Positions 42,595 to 49,623 of a stretch of DNA of 64,000 nucleotides are shown here, piece after piece. Numbering within the stretch: the stretch's first letter is position 1; every line of letters begins with the position of its first letter. Origin of the DNA: Akkermansia muciniphila (GTDB lineage Bacteria > Verrucomicrobiota > Verrucomicrobiia > Limisphaerales > SIAT01); contig CAMDJP010000008.1 in NCBI GenBank assembly GCA_945900775.1, positions 5,296 to 69,295 on the forward strand. The letters are read 5' to 3'. Both the position numbers and the translations under genes were made by a program. The notes beneath the pieces were generated by a model. That model searched no databases, was not told where the DNA came from, and was given only the letters and a program-made list of their open reading frames with translations.

Positions 42595-43790
42595 AACGTT
42601 GTTGCCTGACCCTCCTTTTGCTCCTGCTCGCTGCAAGCGCGATGCTCCCGTGCGTTGCCGAGGAACCGGACACGCTGGCCCCGCTGGTGCAGCTGCTCGC
42701 GGCATCTGATGACGTGCAGCTCCACCTCGACGTCCTCAAGGGAATGAGTGAGGGGCTGAAAGGTCGGCGTGGTGTGAAGCCGCCGGGAGGTTGGGAGGTG
42801 CTCGCCGCCAAGCTCGCCAAAAGTCCGCACGCGCAGGTGCGCGAATTGGCGCAGCAGCTTTCGGTGACGTTCGGCAGCCAGACGGCGCTCGCTGCGCAAC
42901 GCACGCAACTAGCGAACGCGAAGGCACCGGTGGCCGAGCGGTTGGCGGCATTGGAATCCCTTGTCGCAGCGAAGGACACGGGCCTGGCGCCGTTGTTGCC
43001 GGGATTATTGAACGACACGGCGCTGCGCGGCGTCGCGTTGAGGGCGATGGCGTCGTTCGATGACGTGAAGTTCCCACCGGCCATCCTCGCCGCTTATCCG
43101 AAACTGAACGCGGCCGAACGTAAGGATGGCCTGGCTACGCTGGTGGCGCGGCCGTCCAGTGCGAAGGAACTCCTCACGGCAATCGCCGCGGGCAAGGTGC
43201 AGGTGAAGGACCTTTCGGCTGACCTCGTGCGGTCGCTGCGCGCATTGAAGCAACCGGAGTTGGTCAAGCAGGTGGAGCAGTTCTTCGGCGTATCGCGCGT
43301 GAGCGACGCCGATAAGCAGAAGGAGATTGCGCAGTTCAAGGAGATGCTGGCGGTATTGCCGAAACGAGCTGATAACCTGTCGAATGGCCGCGTGCTTTAC
43401 ACCAAGACGTGCGGCCAGTGTCACGTGCTTTTTGGCGAGGGCGGCAAGGTGGGACCGGACATCACCGGCTCGAACCGCGCGGACTTGGATTATCTGCTCC
43501 TGAACATCCTCGATCCAAACGCGGAGATTGCGGCGGATTACCGGCCGTGGGAGCTGGAGACGAAGGACGACCGCAGCATCCTCGGTCTGCTAGTGCGGCA
43601 GGACGCGCAGGTGGTGATGCTCCAGACGCCGACGGAAATCGTAACGGTGACGCGTGCGGAGATTAAATCGCTGCGCCAATCGCAGCTCTCGATGATGCCT
43701 GAAGGATTAATCGCCGCGTTGAGCCCTGTGGAGGTGCGCGACCTGATCGCCTACCTCCGCAGTCCTAAGCAGGTGCCGCTGTCGAAGTGA
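42591..43790 (+). CDS. HEAT-repeat protein with C-terminal c-type heme-binding domain (Pirellula/Verrucomicrobium-type)
   Basis: 399 aa with signal-like MKRCCLTLLLLLLAASAMLPCVA and HEAT-like repeats. The C-terminal segment is GRVLYTKTCGQCHVLFGEGGKVGPDITGSNRADLDYLLLNILDPNAEI...SMMPEGL, with a CxxCH heme-attachment site. Confidence 0.85.
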   Translation: MKRCCLTLLLLLLAASAMLPCVAEEPDTLAPLVQLLAASDDVQLHLDVLKGMSEGLKGRRGVKPPGGWEVLAAKLAKSPHAQVRELAQQLSVTFGSQTALAAQRTQLANAKAPVAERLAALESLVAAKDTGLAPLLPGLLNDTALRGVALRAMASFDDVKFPPAILAAYPKLNAAERKDGLATLVARPSSAKELLTAIAAGKVQVKDLSADLVRSLRALKQPELVKQVEQFFGVSRVSDADKQKEIAQFKEMLAVLPKRADNLSNGRVLYTKTCGQCHVLFGEGGKVGPDITGSNRADLDYLLLNILDPNAEIAADYRPWELETKDDRSILGLLVRQDAQVVMLQTPTEIVTVTRAEIKSLRQSQLSMMPEGLIAALSPVEVRDLIAYLRSPKQVPLSK

Positions 43791-43794
43791 CCAA

Positions 43795-44757
43795 CTAGGC
43801 GAGCTTGGTAGCGAGCCACTGCTCCAGTTTAATGGAGTCAGCGGTGAAAAGGCGGATGCCCTCGGCAAGTTTCTCTGTGGCCATCGCGTCCTCGTTGTGC
43901 AGCCAGCGGAACGCTTTTTCGTCTAGGCTGATTTTCTCCAGCGTGGCGACCGCGGCAGCGGCAGGGCTGAGCTTGCGCGGGACATGGCCGGTGTTCTTCT
44001 GTAAATCCTCGAGTAGTTGCGGGCTGATGGTGAGCAGGTCACAACCGGCGAGTTCGGCGATCTCGCCCGTGTTGCGGAAGCTTGCGCCCATCACCTCGGT
44101 CGCGTGGCCGAACTTCTTGTAGTAGTTGTAAATCTTCGTGACGGAGAGCACGCCGAGATCCTCGGCTGGAGCGAACTCAGCCTTGCCAGTGCTCTTCTTG
44201 TGCCAGTCGAGGATGCGGCCGACGAAAGGTGAGATGAGCTGCACACCAGCCTCGGCACAGGCGACAGCCTGGGCGAAGGAAAAGAGAAGCGTGAGGTTGC
44301 AACGGATGTTATCTTTCTTCAGTTGCTCGGCAGCGCGCACACCTTCCCACGTGGCGGCGAGCTTGATGAGGATGCGCTCTCGCAAAATACCAGTGGCTTC
44401 GTAGCGGGCGATGAGGGACTTGGCCTTAACGACGGAGGCGACGGTGTCGAAGGAGAGGCGGGCGTCTACCTCGGTGGATACACGGTTGGGGACAATCTTC
44501 AGAATCTCGAGGCCGAAGGCGACGCTGAGTTTATCCATCGCTACAGCGATGGTTTGGCCAGAGGACTTGGACTCCTGTTGAGCGTCGGCCAGCGTCTTCT
44601 CGACCAGCGCGGTGTACTCGGGCATCTGCGCGGCCTTCAACAGCAGGCTGGGATTTGTGGTGGCGTCGCGCGGTTGGTATTTGCGGATACTCGCGAAATC
44701 ACCAGTGTCGGCGACGATGACGGAGTGCTGCTTAAGCTGATCGAGGAGCGAATTCAT
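43795..44757 (-). CDS. tal: Transaldolase
   Basis: 320 aa. The N-terminus [40 protein letters not shown] and ...[18 protein letters not shown]... are classic TalB-type motifs. Confidence 0.95.
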   Translation of the reverse strand: MNSLLDQLKQHSVIVADTGDFASIRKYQPRDATTNPSLLLKAAQMPEYTALVEKTLADAQQESKSSGQTIAVAMDKLSVAFGLEILKIVPNRVSTEVDARLSFDTVASVVKAKSLIARYEATGILRERILIKLAATWEGVRAAEQLKKDNIRCNLTLLFSFAQAVACAEAGVQLISPFVGRILDWHKKSTGKAEFAPAEDLGVLSVTKIYNYYKKFGHATEVMGASFRNTGEIAELAGCDLLTISPQLLEDLQKNTGHVPRKLSPAAAAVATLEKISLDEKAFRWLHNEDAMATEKLAEGIRLFTADSIKLEQWLATKLA

Positions 44758-44885
44758 AAGAGGACCTTCAATTTAATTTGGGAATCATGATTTGACCAGA
44801 TTGCGAAAGAGCAGACAAGCCTTCGCGATGCGAATCTTTTCATGACAAACCGTTGGAGCTTTGCCGCGGTCGAGTTAAGTTCTCG

Positions 44886-45575
44886 ATGGCCGGCGCACGC
44901 CGGCTAACCATGATCCGTCAGCAAGTCTTTACGACGGCGGGGGAACTATGCCCGCCCGAGCCGCCTCACGCCTCACAGCTTGCGGTGCTGCACAGCATCT
45001 ATCCGCTCGCGGCGGCGCTCGCAGCGGTCGGCATGCCGCGGCTGTCGTGTCGGGCGAACGCTGCTCTTTTCCTGGAACGCTACGCTGAGCGCGTCTGCCC
45101 AGTAGAGCTTGCGGTAGTTCAGCAGGCATTCACGCACGCGGCGAGCGGCCATTCGCGTGAGTTGATCGCGCTCGACCAATCGTTGCCGAAGCTGGCGGAA
45201 CTTCGGGAACTGGCTGGGGCGAGCGCGCTGGCTGGGCGGCTGCAAAGCGAGCATCTGCGTCCGCTGCGCGATGAACGTCTAATGCAGCGGTACTGGGAAG
45301 CGGTGGAAGGTGGCGCGGTGAGTGGTCACCATTGGGTCGTGTTTGGCATGACGCTCGCGCTCTACTCGGTGCCGCTGCGGCAGGGGCTGCTCGGATTTGG
45401 ACGCGAGACACTGGCGGGACTATCGATTGCAGCCGGTAAACAGCTTGTGTTGCCGGAAACCGATTTGGCTGAGCCGCTGGCTTCGGCAACGGAGCGACTG
45501 CCGAGCGTGGTCGAGGGAGTCTTGAGTGGTGGCGGTTGGTCGGGCTTAGCGACGAGCCTCAGAACAGGCCGTTGA
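44886..45575 (+). CDS. Hypothetical protein with weak UreF-like resemblance
   Basis: The start is uncertain (ATG at 44886 or 44910; the track uses 44853). The segment GHHWVVFGMTLALYSVPLRQGLLGFGRETLAGLSIAAGK loosely resembles the UreF core (HxxxxFGxxxxxxGxxxxxxxxxYL...). No urease genes are nearby. The 3' end overlaps mlaD convergently by 17 nt. Confidence 0.4.
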   Translation: MAGARRLTMIRQQVFTTAGELCPPEPPHASQLAVLHSIYPLAAALAAVGMPRLSCRANAALFLERYAERVCPVELAVVQQAFTHAASGHSRELIALDQSLPKLAELRELAGASALAGRLQSEHLRPLRDERLMQRYWEAVEGGAVSGHHWVVFGMTLALYSVPLRQGLLGFGRETLAGLSIAAGKQLVLPETDLAEPLASATERLPSVVEGVLSGGGWSGLATSLRTGR

Positions 45576-46629
45576 AGAGGATGCCGATGACGCTGAGCGG
45601 GCCTTGGTCCTCTAGTCCCTCGGTGGCCTTGTCCAGCTTCTGCAAGGTCATCTTCGCGTTCTTGAAGAGGCTGTCGTCGTTGATGAGTTTGCCGATGGAG
45701 CCTTGGCCCTGATTTATTTTCTGGAGAATCTCGCGGAGGTTGGTCATCGCCTGCGTGGTCTCCTTGTAGAGCGCCTCGTCCTTGGTGAGCTTGCCGAGAG
45801 TGCCTTTGCCTTCGTTGATGTCGCTGACAACTTTCTTGACCTCTCCAAGTGTCTCCTTAGCCGTGCCAAGTGTCTCCTTCATCGTGCCGATGGCGCTGCG
45901 GGCGTCGGTGAGCATCGACTTGGCTTCGCTGAAGGTGTTTTTGGTTTCTGGAACGAGGGTGGCCAAGTCCTTCGCGGCCGTCTGAAACTCCTTCGAGCTG
46001 GCGAGCAGGGAATTGTGGAGGGCGTCATCGCCGATGAGCTTGCCGAAGGTGCCTTTGCCATCGACGACGTCCTGCGAGATGCGCTGGAGGTTGGCGAAGA
46101 TGATGGCGAAGCGGGGATTGTTGTGCTTCAAGAAATCGGTCATCGGGCCGAGAACGTTCTGGATGCTGTCGCCGCTGAAGGTCTTGGTGAGGTTCTCGAC
46201 TCCACCGGCGACGCTATCGAGTTTGGAGATGAGAGAGGAGAGGTCGGCTGTCTCGGTGGTCTTGAGCACATCGTCGTGCTTTAAGTGCGTGCGGTCGCCG
46301 CCGAGGGCGAGGGAGACGAAGTTCTGGCCCATCATGCCCGTGAATTTGACTGTTGCGACGCTGTCGGTACGGATTTTGTTCTCACGCGTCAGCCGCATCG
46401 AGACGCGGACCTTGCTCTCGTGGAAGCCGATCTTCTCGACGCGGCCGACCTGCACGCCGGCCATCTTCACGGGATCGCCGACCTTGAGTTCCTGCACATT
46501 GAGGAAGTCGCCGTGCAGCGTGTAGCCGGGCTTGAAGAGGCCGATGCCGGAGAGTTCCAGCACGAGCACGGCTGCGAAGGCCACCAGCACGAAATAGATG
46601 CCGAGGCGGGTCTCGAGGGTATTTTTCAT
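45559..46629 (-). CDS. mlaD: MCE/MlaD-family substrate-binding protein with extended helical C-terminus
   Basis: 356 aa with an N-terminal TM helix. The MCE domain reads GYTLHGDFLNVQELKVGDPVKMAGVQVGRVEKIGF. The long C-terminal region carries repeated GKGT(F/L)GKL(I/T) motifs. Confidence 0.85.
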   Translation of the reverse strand: MKNTLETRLGIYFVLVAFAAVLVLELSGIGLFKPGYTLHGDFLNVQELKVGDPVKMAGVQVGRVEKIGFHESKVRVSMRLTRENKIRTDSVATVKFTGMMGQNFVSLALGGDRTHLKHDDVLKTTETADLSSLISKLDSVAGGVENLTKTFSGDSIQNVLGPMTDFLKHNNPRFAIIFANLQRISQDVVDGKGTFGKLIGDDALHNSLLASSKEFQTAAKDLATLVPETKNTFSEAKSMLTDARSAIGTMKETLGTAKETLGEVKKVVSDINEGKGTLGKLTKDEALYKETTQAMTNLREILQKINQGQGSIGKLINDDSLFKNAKMTLQKLDKATEGLEDQGPLSVIGILFNGLF

Positions 46630-46641
46630 AAAATCACTCCA

Positions 46642-47400
46642 TTAGACGGGTTTGAAGTTCGCGTTCAGGAATTCTTGGATGACCGAGTTCGGGGTCGCGC
46701 GGACCTCGTCGGCCGAACCGACGCAGAGGATGCGGCCGTTGTGGATGATTGCGATACGGTCGGCAATCCCGAAGGCGAGGTCACGATCGTGCGAGACGAC
46801 AATCGAGGTGGCGTGGATGCGTCGGCGCATATTCACAATCTCCTGGCCAATGGTCACGGCCATCAATGGGTCCAGTTCGCTCGTTGGCTCGTCGTACAGG
46901 ATTAGCTCCGGCTCCATCACCAGCGCGCGGGCGATGGAAGCGCGCTTCTTCATGCCACCGGAGAGCTCGTTGGGCATCCGATCCTTCGCCCCTTTGAGGC
47001 CGACGAGGTCGAGCTTCGCTGCGACAATGGCCTCGATTTCCGGTGCCGGTTTCAACCGGTGCTCCGATAAATACAATCCGACATTCTCGCCGACGGTCAA
47101 TGAGTTGAGCAGCGCGCCGGACTGGAAGACCATCGCCATCCGATGCCGGTCCATCAGGCCGGGCGTTGCGATGGGCTCGCCGCCGATGAGGACCTCGCCC
47201 GCGTCGGGGGTCTCCAACCCGATAAGGTGCTTGAGCAGGACGCTCTTGCCGCTGCCGCTTGGGCCCATGATAACGAAGATTTCGCCCGGTTCCACCCGCA
47301 GGTCTACGCCATGGAGGACCTCCTCACCGCTGAAGCTCTTGCGCAACCCACGTACTTCCACGCGGCCGCCGTGGCCGGAGTTGTGGTTCGAGGCGTTCAT
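46642..47400 (-). CDS. mlaF: ABC transporter ATP-binding protein, MlaF type
   Basis: 252 aa. Walker A GPSGSGKS, signature LSGGMKKRASIARAL and Walker B LILYDEPTSELD are present. It lies between mlaE and mlaD. Confidence 0.9.
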   Translation of the reverse strand: MNASNHNSGHGGRVEVRGLRKSFSGEEVLHGVDLRVEPGEIFVIMGPSGSGKSVLLKHLIGLETPDAGEVLIGGEPIATPGLMDRHRMAMVFQSGALLNSLTVGENVGLYLSEHRLKPAPEIEAIVAAKLDLVGLKGAKDRMPNELSGGMKKRASIARALVMEPELILYDEPTSELDPLMAVTIGQEIVNMRRRIHATSIVVSHDRDLAFGIADRIAIIHNGRILCVGSADEVRATPNSVIQEFLNANFKPV

Positions 47401-48140
47401 CAGAGATGAATCATCATCCGAGTGAGAAAGTAGTCGAGGATTAGAATCAGCACGATTGAATTAACGACGGCCTTGGTCACCGACCGGCCGATGCCGCGCG
47501 GGCCGCCGATGGTCTGGAGGCCCTGGTGACACGAGACGATGCCGATGGCCAGGGCGAAGGCGAAGCTCTTGAGCAGGCCGTTGGCGAGGTCGCCTAGTTG
47601 GACGAGACTCTCGAGGTTGCTGAAGTAGGTCTGGTACGGAACGCTGATTAGGTCGTTGTTGGCTGCGACCACCGCGCCGCCGAGCCAACCGATGAGGATG
47701 GCGAAGATTACGAGCGTGGGCAGCGCAATGCAGATGGCCACTATCCGGGGCAGTACGAGATAATTTATCGGGCTGATATTCATCGTGCGCAGCGCATCGA
47801 TTTCCTGATAGACCGTCATCGAGCCGATTTCTGCCGCCATTGCGGAGCCGATGCGCCCCGCGATTAGTATGGCCATCATCACGGGGCCGAGCTCTTTGCA
47901 CATCGAGAGGCCGACCATCCCGCCTAGCACATTGCCGAGACCTCGCTCGACCAGCAACGGGCCGGTCTGCAGCGCCAGCACGCCACCGATGAAGAGTGAT
48001 AAGACACAGGCCATGAAGAGACTGGCGTTGCCAATTTCGAAGAGCTGTTCGAGTACCTTGCGCCGGTGTATCCACAGGAGCGGCAGCGCCTGGAGCGTAC
48101 GCCAGAACAGCAGAATGGCTTGGCCGATGTCGTGGAACAT
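47400..48140 (-). CDS. mlaE: ABC transporter permease, MlaE type
   Basis: 246 aa polytopic protein. The pattern ...GPLLVERGLGNVLGGMVGLSMCKELGPVMMAILIAGRIGSAMAAEIGSMTVYQEIDALRTM... is characteristic of MlaE/TTG2B permeases. The stop overlaps the mlaF start by 1 nt. Confidence 0.9.
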   Translation of the reverse strand: MFHDIGQAILLFWRTLQALPLLWIHRRKVLEQLFEIGNASLFMACVLSLFIGGVLALQTGPLLVERGLGNVLGGMVGLSMCKELGPVMMAILIAGRIGSAMAAEIGSMTVYQEIDALRTMNISPINYLVLPRIVAICIALPTLVIFAILIGWLGGAVVAANNDLISVPYQTYFSNLESLVQLGDLANGLLKSFAFALAIGIVSCHQGLQTIGGPRGIGRSVTKAVVNSIVLILILDYFLTRMMIHL

Positions 48141-48146
48141 ACTGTG

Positions 48147-49598
48147 CTAGGGATTTGCGGGCTTCGTCTCCGCGCCGAACGGGATGAAAAACAGCCGCCA
48201 GCGAGAACTCTCCTTGGTCTGTTGATACTGTAGCAGGCCGAAGAGGAGCGAGCAATTTTTGGATTCCGGCGTTTCGTCCTGCCGGTAGAGATTCCAGAGG
48301 AACGACTGGCTCGTTGCGCCGGTCTTCCCGTTCTTTTCTGTGCGCCAGATGGACCAGAGCGGCGACCAGTTTCGCTCGACGGCCGTGTTACCAAGCAGCA
48401 GCGGTTCGAACGGAGCGATGATCTGCGTGCGCTCGCTGCCGTCCAGCTCGCGGCGATGCGTGAAGAGCGGCCAGAGGGCGTGCCGTTCACGCGTGGCACC
48501 GGTGGCGGTGTTCCGCTCGTGAGTGTCTTGGTAGAGGAAAAGGAGGTAACGGCGATTTTCGCGCTCGAGCGGTGGGGCCTGAACGCTCGAGCTGCGGTAG
48601 AGCGGCCAGAGCAGGAACTCGTTGGTCTGGCTTGCGGTGTGAGTCTTGCCGTAGAACGGCCAGAAGCGTGCGCCGTTCTTGTTCTCGCTACTGGTCGAGA
48701 CGATGAACGGCCACGGTGCACCGTACTCCACGGATTTCTTCTCGTGATCGTTGATGCGGTAGAAGAACGGCCAGAGGACGCTCTGATACTCGCGCAGGGC
48801 GGAGCGTTGTGTGATGAAGAGCGGCAGCAACGCGTGCTGCGTCTGCGCGTTAGTCGTGCCGATGCCGAGACGGTTGTGGTGGTAGAGCGGCCAGAGCGCG
48901 AAGGACTTCTCGTGCCCGCCGATGATCGTCTCGTCACCGAACCCATCTTTACGCGTCGTCACATCTTTCTTCTCGTGGCCGATCAGCGGCCAGAATTGCC
49001 AGCCGTCGAGCTTTTCGCCGTGGCGCAGATGGAAGAAAGGGAAGAGGTAATTCTCGGTCACGACGTCCCGCTTGCGGGTCTTCCCGTAGAGCGGGAAGAG
49101 GAGGAACTCGATTTCATCCCGGAGCAGGCGGTTCTTAATCTGGCCGTAGATGGGGAAGAAGGCCGTGTAATTCTCCTCTGGGTTCGGCGAGCGCTGCCTC
49201 CAGTAGAAGGGGAAAATCGTGACGCGATCGGCAGTAGTGCCGTCCTGCCGGCCACTGCCGCCAAAGCTGATGAGCTGGAAAAGTTGCCAGCGCGATTCCT
49301 TACCGGTGCGGTTGTAGGAGAGCAGCGGGTAGAGGAAGTCGTACTCCTCGAAGTCTGTGTCGTACTCGGTGTGCCACGAGAGCAGCGGCGGGATGGCCCA
49401 CTGCGCGTGCGTGCCACTTCGTTCGCTGCCCCAGAACGGTCCGAGCGCCTCGGTGCGTTCGCCCTCGCGTAACGTGAGCCGGTACTCGTGATAGAGCGGA
49501 CCGGAGGCAGCCGCGCTTGCCATCAGTGTGGCGGATAGCGCGAAAACGATTATGGCAATGCGTGATAACATCCTTAAAACAGTGGAACGACTCGGCAC
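48147..49598 (-). CDS. Exported 483-aa aromatic-proline hairpin-repeat protein, unknown family
   Basis: Signal-like RIAIIVFALSATLMASAAASG. There are about 16-20 irregular ~22-aa repeats with a hydrophobic-aromatic-Pro-hydrophobic-aromatic core followed by polar or basic residues. Examples: LYPLLSYNR, IFPFYWRQR, FFPIYGQIK, LFPLYGKTR, LFPFFHLRH, FWPLIGHEK, LWPLYHHNR, LWPFFYRIN, FWPFYGKTH, LWPLYRSSS, LWPLFTHRR. It lies 6 nt upstream of mlaE and 25 nt downstream of the MMPL gene. Confidence 0.75.
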   Translation of the reverse strand: MPSRSTVLRMLSRIAIIVFALSATLMASAAASGPLYHEYRLTLREGERTEALGPFWGSERSGTHAQWAIPPLLSWHTEYDTDFEEYDFLYPLLSYNRTGKESRWQLFQLISFGGSGRQDGTTADRVTIFPFYWRQRSPNPEENYTAFFPIYGQIKNRLLRDEIEFLLFPLYGKTRKRDVVTENYLFPFFHLRHGEKLDGWQFWPLIGHEKKDVTTRKDGFGDETIIGGHEKSFALWPLYHHNRLGIGTTNAQTQHALLPLFITQRSALREYQSVLWPFFYRINDHEKKSVEYGAPWPFIVSTSSENKNGARFWPFYGKTHTASQTNEFLLWPLYRSSSVQAPPLERENRRYLLFLYQDTHERNTATGATRERHALWPLFTHRRELDGSERTQIIAPFEPLLLGNTAVERNWSPLWSIWRTEKNGKTGATSQSFLWNLYRQDETPESKNCSLLFGLLQYQQTKESSRWRLFFIPFGAETKPANP

Positions 49599-49623
49599 AA
49601 GTTACACCATGCCCGCGGTGCGG

